Below are positions 51,531 to 60,684 of a DNA stretch of 64,000 nucleotides, piece after piece. Position numbers and translations under genes: made by a program. The number at the start of each line of letters is the position of its first letter. The first letter of the stretch is position 1. The stretch spans positions 19,871-83,870 of the forward strand of contig CAYUOX010000062.1 in assembly GCA_964446575.1 (NCBI GenBank), read 5' to 3'. Origin of the DNA: an uncultured Anaerolineaceae bacterium (lineage in GTDB: Bacteria > Chloroflexota > Anaerolineae > Anaerolineales > DRMV01). The notes below the pieces were generated by a model. The model was not told the DNA's origin and did no database searches. It was given only the letters and a program-made list of their open reading frames with translations.

Positions 51531-52565
51531 TCAAATCGGGTGCAATCCCGGGAACTCCAGGCCCAACGTTTCATCCCACCCCAGAGCGAGGTTGAGGCTT
51601 TGCAACGCGCTGCCGGCCGCGCCTTTCATGAGGTTGTCGATGGCGGCCATGGCCACCAAATGCCCGGTTTCCTCGTCCAGCGCGAAGCCCAAATCGGCAT
51701 AATTCGAGCCAGCCAAAATCTTAGGATCGGGCACGCGATACACCCCGCGGCGCTCTTTGACCAGCCGCAAGAAAGGGTTCTCCTTGGTGACGGCCCGATA
51801 CGCGCGCCAGAGGTCTTTTTCCGTGGTGCCCGGACGCACCCACGCGTGCACGGTGGCCATGGCCCCGCGCACCATGTCCACGGAGGTCATGGTGAGGTGC
51901 ACGTGCGCGAGGCCCAGTTCTTGCATCACTTCCGCGGTGTGGCGATGCCCAAAGGCCGCGTAGGTGCGCACCACGTTGGCCCGTTCGGGGTGATGCGAGC
52001 CTGGGTTGGGCGTGATGCCTCCCTCAGACGAGCCGACCTTGATTTCGGCAATCACCGGGCGGGTGGTGTCGATCAGCCCCGCTCGCAGCGCGGGCCACAA
52101 GGCCAAGTTGGTCGCCGTGGCGTTGCAGCCAACGCCGCTGATGTAGCGCGCGGTGCGCAGTTCCGCGCGGTGTAGTTCGGGCAGGCCATAGACGAAGCGG
52201 TTCAGCCATTCAGGGGCCGCGTGGGCTTGACCATACCAACGGGCATAGAAGTCGGCATCGCGCAGCCGAAAGTCCGCGGACAAATCCACAATATAGGTGG
52301 CCAAATCGGCCCAGCGGGCGATGTGCTTTTGTGCTTCGCCGTGGGGCAAGGCCAAAAAGAGCACATCCACCGGCTCCAGCGCGTCGGGGGTGACGAACTT
52401 GAGGCGGGTGCGCTTGCGCAGGTTGGGATGCACTTGATACACATATTGGCCAACGTAGCGCCGCGAGGTCACCTGGTGCACTTCCAAGCGTGGGTGGTCG
52501 AGCAACAAGCGCAGCAACTCGCCACCGGTGTAACCAGATGCGCCGACAATGCTGACCTTGAGCAT
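51531..52565 (-). CDS. argC: N-acetyl-gamma-glutamyl-phosphate reductase (ArgC/LysY type)
   Basis: ORF 51531..52565, ATG after GGAGG. Contains IVGASGYTGGELLRLL and the active-site region ISGVGCNATATNLAL. Confidence 0.85.
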   Translation of the reverse strand: MLKVSIVGASGYTGGELLRLLLDHPRLEVHQVTSRRYVGQYVYQVHPNLRKRTRLKFVTPDALEPVDVLFLALPHGEAQKHIARWADLATYIVDLSADFRLRDADFYARWYGQAHAAPEWLNRFVYGLPELHRAELRTARYISGVGCNATATNLALWPALRAGLIDTTRPVIAEIKVGSSEGGITPNPGSHHPERANVVRTYAAFGHRHTAEVMQELGLAHVHLTMTSVDMVRGAMATVHAWVRPGTTEKDLWRAYRAVTKENPFLRLVKERRGVYRVPDPKILAGSNYADLGFALDEETGHLVAMAAIDNLMKGAAGSALQSLNLALGWDETLGLEFPGLHPI

Positions 52566-52652
52566 GATGAGCCTCCGAGGTGTGGCGTGGGGTGCAATCC
52601 CGCGCGACCTGGCTGGTCGGAACGGGGCCCGCGGCCGGCCGCGGGGAGGACG

Positions 52653-54464
52653 TCAACGCGCACCCCGCCGGCCGAATTCGCGCTCCAGCATGTCTACGGG
52701 AAGGCGAATCATGGTTGGTCGGCCATGGGGGCAGGTGCGCGGGTTTTCACACGCCAGCAAGTCGCGCAGCAGACGCTCCTGCTCTGAGGGACTTAGCCGT
52801 TGGCCGGCCTTCACGGCCAGGGCCTTGCAAATGCGTCCGACCAAGCGGGCTTCCGCGTCGCCGGCCAAGGGCGTTTCGTCGTGCTCGATGTCTTCTACCG
52901 CGGCGCGCAGCGCGGTGGCCGGGTCCGCGTCTTTTAGCGCCACGGGCACGGCCCGCACGCGAAACATCCCCATGCCGAACGGCTCAACCTCAAACCCCAC
53001 CCGGCGCAGCGTCTCCAAGTGTTCTTCCAGCGTACGGGCCTGCGCCACCGGCAGGGTCACTGTCACCGGTTCCAGCAGCGCTTGCGACGCGGCTTGGGGC
53101 CCACGCCGGGCCATCATCTGCTCGAAGAGCACGCGCTCGTGGGCTGCGTGCTGGTCGATCAAGTACAGGCCATCAGGGCCCTCGGCCACCAAATAGGTCG
53201 CGGCCACTTGGCCGATCAAACGCAGAAGGGGGGGCTCCACGCCAGGCAAGGGCACGGTGGCGGCGGCCGTGGCGGGCTCGGCCGGTTCTGGGGTTTGGGG
53301 GGATAGGACCTCCGGTTGAGGCCGGGCATCGGCTGCAGGGGCCGTTTGTGCCTCGGCCGCGTTGTCCGTCGCCGCATCCCATGGAATGCGCGCGTCAGGT
53401 TGTGCTAAGTCCCACTCACTCAGCGGCGCGGGGCGCTGGGCCAAAGGCGCGTGGGCCAGCAAGGCTTTGCGCACCGCGCGCACCACAGCCCGAAAGACCC
53501 GATCCGGATCGCGAAAGCGTACCTCGGCTTTGGTAGGGTGTACATTCACATCGACCGCGTCCGCGGGCAATGTGATGAACAGCACGGCCAGGGGGTAGCG
53601 CCCCTTCATGACCAGGTGCTCATAGCCTTTGAGCAGCGCGGCCGTGAGGGCCGGGTCCCGCACAGGACGACCGTTGACGAAGAACAGGATGTCGCGGCGA
53701 TGGCTGCGGGTGAGGCCCGGCGGGCTGATGAAGCCGTGTACGGCCAGGCCCAGTTCTTCCGAGATCACGGGCAGCATTTGGCGGGCCTCGGCCGGGCTGT
53801 AAATCAAAGCCAAAACCTCGCGCCGGTCGCCGTGGCCGGCGGTGTTCAGCGCGAGCCGTCCGTCGTGGCTCAGTTTGAACCGCACTTGGGGGTAGGCCAG
53901 CGCGTAGCGCACGACGACTTCGTCAATGGCGCGTTTTTCGGTGCTGGGCCGTTTGAGGAACTTGCGCCGCGCGGGCACATTATAAAATAGGTCTTCGACG
54001 CGAACGTGGGTGCCGGGGGCCATGGCCACGGGCTCGGGCCCGCGTACGATACGCCCGCCCTCGACCACAATCTGCGCGCCCGCGTCCGCGGTGGGCGGGC
54101 GTGAGCGCAAGGTGAGCCGTGCGACCGAGCCGATGGCGGCCAATGCCTCGCCCCGAAACCCCAGGCTGAGGATGTGGAACAGGTCATCGGCACTGGCGAT
54201 TTTGCTGGTGGCATGGCGCTGCACAGCCAAGGGCAACTCGGCCGCGGGGATGCCGTGGCCATCGTCGACCACCTCAATGAGGCGCTGCCCCGCGGCCTGG
54301 ATACGCACTTCAATGCGCTGTGCGGCTGCGTCCAAGGCGTTTTCAATGAGTTCCTTGACCACCGACGCGGGGCGTTCCACCACCTCGCCGGCCGCGATTT
54401 GCGACACCAACTCGGGGGGCAAGGGGCGAATGGGCGCGTGGTTTGCCGATGCGTGCGTGCTCAT
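52653..54464 (-). CDS. mutL: DNA mismatch repair protein MutL
   Basis: Track ORF 52653..54545; ATG at 54464. IRPLPPELVSQIAAGEVVERPASVVKELIENALDA, GFRGEAL and the C-terminal dimerisation region with CPHGRP. Confidence 0.9.
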   Translation of the reverse strand: MSTHASANHAPIRPLPPELVSQIAAGEVVERPASVVKELIENALDAAAQRIEVRIQAAGQRLIEVVDDGHGIPAAELPLAVQRHATSKIASADDLFHILSLGFRGEALAAIGSVARLTLRSRPPTADAGAQIVVEGGRIVRGPEPVAMAPGTHVRVEDLFYNVPARRKFLKRPSTEKRAIDEVVVRYALAYPQVRFKLSHDGRLALNTAGHGDRREVLALIYSPAEARQMLPVISEELGLAVHGFISPPGLTRSHRRDILFFVNGRPVRDPALTAALLKGYEHLVMKGRYPLAVLFITLPADAVDVNVHPTKAEVRFRDPDRVFRAVVRAVRKALLAHAPLAQRPAPLSEWDLAQPDARIPWDAATDNAAEAQTAPAADARPQPEVLSPQTPEPAEPATAAATVPLPGVEPPLLRLIGQVAATYLVAEGPDGLYLIDQHAAHERVLFEQMMARRGPQAASQALLEPVTVTLPVAQARTLEEHLETLRRVGFEVEPFGMGMFRVRAVPVALKDADPATALRAAVEDIEHDETPLAGDAEARLVGRICKALAVKAGQRLSPSEQERLLRDLLACENPRTCPHGRPTMIRLPVDMLEREFGRRGAR

Positions 54465-54639
54465 GCCGCTGATTATAGCACGAGAAGCGCCTCCCCGCCG
54501 GGGCCGCGCGGCGACAACACGCCCCGCTGGCTTCACGTCTGCCAATCACCCAGGGCCTTCAAAAGGATCCCCCTTTTGTCTTGCACGCCATGCCGTCGCC
54601 TACTGCTTCACAATCCTTGCCAGATGTCATCCCTGATAT

Positions 54640-54669
54640 TGTGACATGAGTCACTATCTCCCTGGAGGG
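54640..54669. promoter_or_regulatory. CRP-like palindrome TGTGAcatgagTCACt plus CCCTGGAGGG box upstream of the octahaem cytochrome gene
   Basis: TGTGA-N6-TCACT at 54640..54655 (also GTGAC-atga-GTCAC). CATGAGTCA at 54645..54653 and CCCTGGAGGG at 54660..54669. Same words and same gap as 27629..27653. Confidence 0.45.
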
Positions 54670-54764
54670 CCCTGCGGCTACACTTAACGCGAACCGAAAA
54701 GAAGGGATGATAACTTCCCTCGGTTTGTTGCCTTCTCGCTCATTCAAGACCATGGAGGGTAAGG

Positions 54765-56414
54765 ATGACCACCACCAAACACCGCCTCCACCCTTGGTGG
54801 CTCGGCCTGGGCCTGATGGGTGTGGTGTTGCTGCTGGCTTATGCCACCACCTCGGGTTGGGCGGCCGCGCCCGCCGACTCGAGCGCCAGCCTCAGCACCA
54901 CCATCAAGGCTGAGGACGAGTCCACTGCCGATCACACCCAATTCGAAGAACTCCAACGCGAGTTTGAAAACGCCACAGAGGTCACCCAAGCCTGTTTGGA
55001 GTGCCACACCGAGGCAGCCAAACAGGTTATGGCCAGCACCCATTGGACGTGGGAGTTCCCCGGGGGAGAGGATGGCGAGACCTGGGGCAAGAAGCATGTT
55101 ATCAACAACTTCTGCGTGGCCGTGACTTCCAACTGGCCGCGCTGCACCAGTTGTCATGTCGGCTATGGCTGGAAGGACGACACGTTCTTCGATACGGCCA
55201 CCGAAGCCCAGGTGGACTGCCTGATTTGCCACGATACCACCGGCACGTACAAGAAGTTCCCCACGGGCGCGGGGCACCCCGCGTATGAACCTAAGGAGTT
55301 CCCGCCGGGCAGCGGCAAGATTTGGGAGCCGCCTGATTTGGCCTACGTCGCCCAGAATGTGGGGCGCCCCAGCAACAAGAATTGCGGCGCGTGCCACTTC
55401 TATGGCGGCGGCGGCGATGGCGTCAAACACGGCGACATGGATTCCACTTTGGCCGCACCGCCCAAAGAGGTGGACGTCCACCTCTCGCCCGAGGGCGCGG
55501 GCATGGTGTGCGCCGATTGTCATAAAACCGAGGCCCATCAGGTGCCCGGCAGTCGCTATGCCATGACCCCCAAGGACACCCATGGCAAGGACCTGCCCGT
55601 CTCGGATGGGAATCCGACGACTTGTGAATCGTGTCACGGTTTGACCCCCATGAAGAACCCTAAATTGAACGACCATGTGGACAAGGTGGCTTGCCAGACG
55701 TGCCACATCCCCGCGTTTGCGCGCGGCGACAAGCCCACTAAGATGTGGTGGGACTGGTCGGTAGCGGGTGACAAGCAGCGCGGCGATGGCGGGGTCGAAA
55801 AGGACGAAAACGGTTGGGTCACTTACCACTACAAGAAAGGCGAGTTCGTTCTGGCCAAGAACGTGGTACCCACCTATCTTTGGTTCAACGGCAAGACCAC
55901 CTACATGGTGGAAGGCGAGAAGATCGACCCCAGCGGCGACGTGTACATCAACCGCCCGCAGGGTGGTCCTGAAGACCCCAATGCCCGCATTTACCCCTTC
56001 AAGGTCTTCCGGGGCAAGCAAGGGTATGACCCGGTCAACAAGGTGCTGCTCATCCCGCATCTGTTCCCCTTCAACAAGGAAGACAAAACCGCGTTCTGGA
56101 AGGGTTTCGACTGGGGTGAAGCCTTTCGGGTCGGCATGGAAACCGCGGGTTTGGACTACAGCGGGCAATATGATTGGATCGAGACCACCATGTATTGGCC
56201 CATTACGCACATGGTAGCCCCCGCGGAGCAGGCCCTGAAGTGCAACGACTGCCACGCGCCCAACGGCCGCCTGGCCGAAGTGCCAGGGGTGTACATCCCC
56301 GCACAAACGGGCCACCCCACGCTGGACGCTATCGGCTGGACGTTGAGCGGCTTGACCTTGTTGGGCGTGGTGATCCACGCGGGCTTGCGCGTGGTCAACC
56401 GCAAGCGCGCGTGA
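54765..56414 (+). CDS. octahaem c-type cytochrome, tetrathionate-reductase (Otr) family-like, with C-terminal TM anchor
   Basis: ORF 54765..56414, ATG after GGAGGG. Signal peptide and eight CXXCH motifs: CLECH, CTSCH, CLICH, CGACH, CADCH, CESCH, CQTCH, CNDCH. Otr-like strings ASTHWTWEF, NNFCVAV..NWPRCTSCHVGYGW and VDCLICHDTTGTY. Hydrophobic tail LSGLTLLGVVIHAGL. Confidence 0.8.
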   Translation: MTTTKHRLHPWWLGLGLMGVVLLLAYATTSGWAAAPADSSASLSTTIKAEDESTADHTQFEELQREFENATEVTQACLECHTEAAKQVMASTHWTWEFPGGEDGETWGKKHVINNFCVAVTSNWPRCTSCHVGYGWKDDTFFDTATEAQVDCLICHDTTGTYKKFPTGAGHPAYEPKEFPPGSGKIWEPPDLAYVAQNVGRPSNKNCGACHFYGGGGDGVKHGDMDSTLAAPPKEVDVHLSPEGAGMVCADCHKTEAHQVPGSRYAMTPKDTHGKDLPVSDGNPTTCESCHGLTPMKNPKLNDHVDKVACQTCHIPAFARGDKPTKMWWDWSVAGDKQRGDGGVEKDENGWVTYHYKKGEFVLAKNVVPTYLWFNGKTTYMVEGEKIDPSGDVYINRPQGGPEDPNARIYPFKVFRGKQGYDPVNKVLLIPHLFPFNKEDKTAFWKGFDWGEAFRVGMETAGLDYSGQYDWIETTMYWPITHMVAPAEQALKCNDCHAPNGRLAEVPGVYIPAQTGHPTLDAIGWTLSGLTLLGVVIHAGLRVVNRKRA

Positions 56415-56498
56415 GCCGTGGAACGGCTTGACACTGCTCCACGCTGGGCGGGGGTGTCGGCTCAGCCGGCGCCCCCACCCCCACCAGGAGGACGAAGG

Positions 56499-57119
56499 AT
56501 GAAAACCCGACGCATCTACCTCTACACCCGCTTCGAGCGCTTTTGGCACTGGATGCAGGCGTTGCTGATCATCGGCCTGGGCCTCACCGGTTTCGAAGTC
56601 CACGGCTCGTATTCGTGGCTGGGCTTTGACAAGGCCTACTTCTGGCATGTGCGCTTGGGCTGGGCCTTGGTCGCGCTCATCGTGTTCGCTGCGTTTTGGC
56701 ACTTCACCACCGGCCAGTGGCGCAACTACATCCCCACCCTGGAGCGGGTCGGGGTCATGGTACGCTATTACACCAGCGGCATCTTTCGCAACGAGCCCCA
56801 TCCTTACAAGAAGAGCGAATTGTCGAAACTCAACCCCTTGCAGCGGCTGACCTATCTGGGCTTCAAGTTGGTCATCGCGCCCATCTTGGTGACCACAGGC
56901 TTGCTGCTCATCTACTACAATCGTTGGCCCGAGTGGGGGCTTTCGTGGTCCCTGGGGCAGGTGTCGACTTTGCATCTGGCCGGTGCCTTCCTCATCCTCA
57001 TCTTCTTCATCGTGCATGTGTATATGACAACCACGGGCCAGACGGTGTTCTCGAACATCAAAGCCATGATCGTGGGGTATGAGGAAGTGCCCGAAGAGGA
57101 AGTGGCCGCGGCGGACTAA
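56499..57119 (+). CDS. b-type cytochrome membrane subunit (cytochrome b561 / Ni-Fe hydrogenase b-type family)
   Basis: Track ORF 56418..57119; ATG at 56499 follows AGGAGGA. YLYTRFERFWHWMQALLIIGLGLTG plus 4 TM helices with conserved His residues (HW.., FWH, HLAGAF, VH). Confidence 0.75.
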   Translation: MKTRRIYLYTRFERFWHWMQALLIIGLGLTGFEVHGSYSWLGFDKAYFWHVRLGWALVALIVFAAFWHFTTGQWRNYIPTLERVGVMVRYYTSGIFRNEPHPYKKSELSKLNPLQRLTYLGFKLVIAPILVTTGLLLIYYNRWPEWGLSWSLGQVSTLHLAGAFLILIFFIVHVYMTTTGQTVFSNIKAMIVGYEEVPEEEVAAAD

Positions 57120-57281
57120 TCGCGGCCAAGCCGGCTGCACGGTTCGCCTCTGCGGCTTGGTGCAGGCCGCGGCACGTTGAGCCCACGGGGCCCCACCGGT
57201 ATTCAGGACGACCCCCCAAGGCTGTGGGCCTTTCGAACCGGGCAACATCGGCACTATCATCTCCAACCCAACCGCCTCGCT

Positions 57282-57322
57282 CGTGACGGTGGCCTTGGCA
57301 CGGGGCCAAGGTCACCGTCGCG
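57282..57322. other. long GC-rich hairpin in a 507-bp non-coding spacer
   Basis: GACGGTGGCCTTGGC / GCCAAGGTCACCGTC: a 15-bp stem with one G.T pair and a 5-nt loop, extendable by 3 more pairs (one G.U). There is no flanking T-tract. Confidence 0.6.
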
Positions 57323-57626
57323 CGTCTTGGCACCCAGGCGCGAGCGGCGGCCGAGCCGGCCGCGCGGGCTGTGGCTTCTTGGGGATGGGCTCCGCGCGGG
57401 CCGGCCACGGGGGCGCCCGAGGCGCGCGCCAATACCGCCCGCGCGCGGGCCGTTCGCGGAGCCGTCCCCCGTCCCCGAGGCCCAAGTGACCTCTGTCCAA
57501 ATTTTGGGTTTGTGGTCCCGTTCGGGCCGCTAATTGTGCTTCGCACCCTCCCCAAATGTGCGGGGTGCGGTATAATGAACCGCCGTCGTTGTGGGACGAG
57601 TCTGGAATCCTGTCAGGAGGTGTGCT

Positions 57627-58379
57627 ATGAGCACGCAAGAGCCGGTCGCCGTTGGTGAGACGGCCGAAATCAAGCGCAAAATGCATTTTCGGGGGACCAT
57701 CAAAAAATTGACCGTGGCCGGGGCCATTGTGGACATCGGGCTGGACAAGCCCGCGGTGTTGCACATCTCCCAGGTGAGCCGCGAGCCCGTGTTTCGCATT
57801 GAAGATGTGCTGGAGGTGGGCCAAGAGGTGGATGTCTGGGTGCGGCGCATCAGCCCCAAGGGCATTGTCGAATTGACCATGATCAAGCCCTTGGATTTGG
57901 AATGGCGCGAGATCAAGAAGGGCATGACGGTCAAGGGCAAAGTGATCAAAATTTTGCGCGGCGGCGTCGAGGTTGAAATCGGCGCGGAAGTGCCGGCCTT
58001 TGTGCCCATTGGCGAGATGACCCACGGCTATATTCGCAGCCCGCGCGATGTGGTCAGCGAGGGCGATGAGATCGAGGCCCAGGTTATCGAGGTCAATCGG
58101 CGGCGCAAGCGCATTCGTTTGAGCATGAAGGCGTTGGAGCCCAAGCCCGAAGAGGCCGGCCGCTTGGCGCGCGCGGATCGGGACGACCAAGACGACACCT
58201 ATGTGCCTACGCCCATGGAAGCCGCGCTGCTCAAGGCCTTAGCCGAGGCCAAGGCCGCCGCGGCCGAGGCCTATGGCGAAGAGCGCGAAGCCGCGCTGGC
58301 GCGGGTCGCGGATCTCGAGAAGACCCTGGAAGACATCCGCAAGCGCTTGCGCGGCAATGGACGGCACCGGCTGAACTAA
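57627..58379 (+). CDS. S1 RNA-binding domain protein (two S1 domains, acidic/Ala-rich tail)
   Basis: Track ORF 57591..58379; ATG at 57627 follows CAGGAGGTG. Two S1-like units: FRGTIKKLTVAGAIVDIG..PAVLHISQV..GQEVDVWV and VKGKVIKILRGGVEVEIG..AFVPIGEM..GDEIEAQVIEVNRRRKRIRLS. Confidence 0.75.
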   Translation: MSTQEPVAVGETAEIKRKMHFRGTIKKLTVAGAIVDIGLDKPAVLHISQVSREPVFRIEDVLEVGQEVDVWVRRISPKGIVELTMIKPLDLEWREIKKGMTVKGKVIKILRGGVEVEIGAEVPAFVPIGEMTHGYIRSPRDVVSEGDEIEAQVIEVNRRRKRIRLSMKALEPKPEEAGRLARADRDDQDDTYVPTPMEAALLKALAEAKAAAAEAYGEEREAALARVADLEKTLEDIRKRLRGNGRHRLN

Positions 58380-58393
58380 CACCGCGGCGCGCG

Positions 58394-59989
58394 ATGCGCC
58401 TTCTCTCCCCTCTTGCGGCCTACCTACCGCGTTGGCGAACCAGCCCCGGCCTTGGCGTCGGGGCTTTTGCGCGCGCGTGGTTCACCCGGCACGGCGCCAT
58501 GCTCGCCCTGGCCCTGCTGACCGTGGGCCTGGCCCACCATGTCGCGGGGCGTTACTTCGAGTTTTGGCCCCATCTGGAAGACGAAGTTGCGTATTGGTGG
58601 CAAGCCCAAGCCGCCAGCCAAGGGCAACTGACCGTCCCTTCGCCCCCTGAGCCCCAGTTGTTCTTGATTCCCTTTGTGATTGACCGCGACGGCCAACGAT
58701 TTGGCAAATATCCGCCCGGATGGCCGGTGGTGTTGGCTTTGGGCCTGCGTTGGGGCCGGGCCGCGTGGGTCAACCCCTTTTTGGCGGGGCTGGCCGTATG
58801 GCTGTTGTATCGCCTCGCCAAGCGCGTGGCCGACCCCGTGGTGGCGTGGGTGACCGTGTTGTTGGCCCTTACGTCGCCCTTGTTTTGGCTGCAAGCCGGG
58901 TCGTTGCTGGCCCACATGGCCGCGTGGGTGTTCACCCTGCTGATGCACGTGGCCCTGTTGGACGTGTTATGGCCGCGCGCCGACGGTCCGGCGTGGCCGC
59001 TTCCGGCGCTGGTGGCCGGGGGGAGCGCGGCGCTGCTGCTGCTCACCCGCCCCTGGACCGCGCTGGGGGTGGCCCTGCCGTGGTTGCCCGTGGTGCTGTA
59101 TGCCCTTGTGCGGCGGCCGGCCACGCGGCCCGGTTTGTTGTTGGCGGGCGCGGGGGCCGCGCTCGGCCTCGGGTTGTTCCTGCTTTGGCAGGCCGCGCTC
59201 ACCGGTTCGCCTTGGCAAAGCCCTTACACCCTGTGGTGGCCCTACGACAAACCCGGCTTTGGGCCCGGCCACGGCCCTCTGCCGCAAGGCCACTCGTGGG
59301 CGCAGGGGTGGGTCAACACCCGCTTTAGCCTGACCGTGGCCGCGAGCGACGTGCTGGGCTGGTTGCGCGCGTCGTGGCTGCTCCTGCCGGCCGGCTTGTG
59401 GGCCGCGCGCGGTCGCCCGCGAGCCTGGCCGGCCCTGCTGACTTTTCCCGCGTTGGTGGGGGTATATTGGGCTTATTGGGTCGGCGCGTGGGTCTTGGGG
59501 CCCCGTTACTACTTCGAAGGCCTGCACAGTTGGCTGCTGCTCAGCGCGTGGGGCGGGGTGGCGTTGTGGCGCGGCCTGGGTCGCGTGCGTGGGGGATGGG
59601 CTCCGCGCACGGCCGTCGTGGCGCTGGTGGCCGTGCTGGTGGTGCTCAATCTGCGCTACTACTTGCCCGCGCGTTTGCACATGATGCGCGGCCTCTATGG
59701 TATGACCCCTCGTCGCGTGGCCGTATTCTTGAGCCCCCAGGCGCGCGCGCTCACCCCCGCATGGGTGCGGGTGCAAGGGGTGACCCGTTGGAGCGATTAC
59801 GCGGTCTATGTGCCCCTGCAAGACCCTTGGTTGCGCACGCCATGGGTGTTCGTTATCGATCCGGGCCGCGATGCAGCCGCGTTGGCGGCTTTGCGCGCGG
59901 CCTTGGCCCCCCGGCAGGAGGTCTTGTATAATCCCCGCGAAGCCCCTGCCGTGCTCACCCGGGTCCTGCTGGTGCCCGTGGAGCCCTAA
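58394..59989 (+). CDS. GT-C fold membrane glycosyltransferase (ArnT/PMT family 39-like)
   Basis: ORF 58394..59989. About 12 TM helices. The first loop has EDEVAYWWQA...RFGKYPPGWPVVLALG, typical of undecaprenyl/dolichyl-phosphate sugar transferases. Confidence 0.6.
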   Translation: MRLLSPLAAYLPRWRTSPGLGVGAFARAWFTRHGAMLALALLTVGLAHHVAGRYFEFWPHLEDEVAYWWQAQAASQGQLTVPSPPEPQLFLIPFVIDRDGQRFGKYPPGWPVVLALGLRWGRAAWVNPFLAGLAVWLLYRLAKRVADPVVAWVTVLLALTSPLFWLQAGSLLAHMAAWVFTLLMHVALLDVLWPRADGPAWPLPALVAGGSAALLLLTRPWTALGVALPWLPVVLYALVRRPATRPGLLLAGAGAALGLGLFLLWQAALTGSPWQSPYTLWWPYDKPGFGPGHGPLPQGHSWAQGWVNTRFSLTVAASDVLGWLRASWLLLPAGLWAARGRPRAWPALLTFPALVGVYWAYWVGAWVLGPRYYFEGLHSWLLLSAWGGVALWRGLGRVRGGWAPRTAVVALVAVLVVLNLRYYLPARLHMMRGLYGMTPRRVAVFLSPQARALTPAWVRVQGVTRWSDYAVYVPLQDPWLRTPWVFVIDPGRDAAALAALRAALAPRQEVLYNPREAPAVLTRVLLVPVEP

Positions 59990-60078
59990 GTCCGCGGTCA
60001 ACCCGCCCCCGCGGGTGGATGCTCTGCAGGCGCGGCCATGCGCGTGGCCCGTGGGCGTTGGGGCGTGGCCCGTTGGCC

Positions 60079-60104
60079 GTAACGGTGCTTTGCCAAAAGC
60101 GTCT
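60079..60104 (+). promoter_or_regulatory. ECF-type promoter-like motif GTAAC-16 nt-CGTCT upstream of the ECF sigma gene
   Basis: GTAAC at 60079..60083 and CGTCT at 60100..60104, 26 nt before the sigma-factor ATG. It resembles the GGAAC-N16/17-CGTC autoregulatory ECF consensus. Confidence 0.45.
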
Positions 60105-60129
60105 TCCTTAATAGAGACCGGGGTGTCGC

Positions 60130-60681
60130 ATGGCTGCATCATCCACCGAGGAAGCGCGCCTGCTGGAACGGGCGCGGGCTTGGGATCGGGCGGCTCTGGC
60201 CGAGATCTACGATCGCTATAGCCCTCAGATTTACCGTTTGGCCGTGCGCGTCACCGGTGATCCTGATATCGCTGAGGAGTGTGTGGCCGAGACGTTTACC
60301 CGTTTTTTGGCCGCGTTGCGGCGGGGCGGCGGCCCGCGCGAGCATTTGCGCGGGTATCTGTTTCGCATCGCGCACAACTGGCTGAACGACCACTATCGAC
60401 GGCGGCCCACGATGCGCTTGGATCCGGAGCGCGATGCCCCCGTCGCTCCGGACGGCTGGGACGCGGCTTGGCGGGCCGAGGCGTTGCGCGCGGCGTTGGC
60501 CGCGTTGCCGCCGGCCCAGCGCACGGTGCTCACGCTGCGCTTTCTCGAAGGCTTAAGCCCGCGCGAGGTGGCCGAAGTGATGGGCAAGAGCGTGGGCGCG
60601 GTCAAAGTGTTGCAGCACCGGGCGTTGCGCGCGTTGCGCCGCCAATTGCGACGCGCGGACGGCCCACCTCCGTTGGATTGA
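60130..60681 (+). CDS. ECF-type RNA polymerase sigma-70 factor
   Basis: ORF 60130..60681. Region 2 (IYDRYSPQIYRLAVRVTGDPDIAEECVAETF...YLFRIAHNWLNDHYRR) and region 4 (LPPAQRTVLTLRFLEGLSPREVAEVMGKSVGAVKVLQHRALRALR). Confidence 0.85.
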   Translation: MAASSTEEARLLERARAWDRAALAEIYDRYSPQIYRLAVRVTGDPDIAEECVAETFTRFLAALRRGGGPREHLRGYLFRIAHNWLNDHYRRRPTMRLDPERDAPVAPDGWDAAWRAEALRAALAALPPAQRTVLTLRFLEGLSPREVAEVMGKSVGAVKVLQHRALRALRRQLRRADGPPPLD

Positions 60682-60684
60682 AAC

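Noticed and set aside
54744-57266. 840-aa minus-strand ORF opposite the octahaem cytochrome and cytochrome b genes
   Set aside because: It spans two well-supported plus-strand genes and their intergenic gap, with no motifs. It is a high-GC antisense artefact. The same reasoning applies to 14280..16721 (opposite ppdK), 20711..22591 (opposite actB1), 27965..29749 (opposite groEL), 10340..11275, 34779..36182 and similar track entries.
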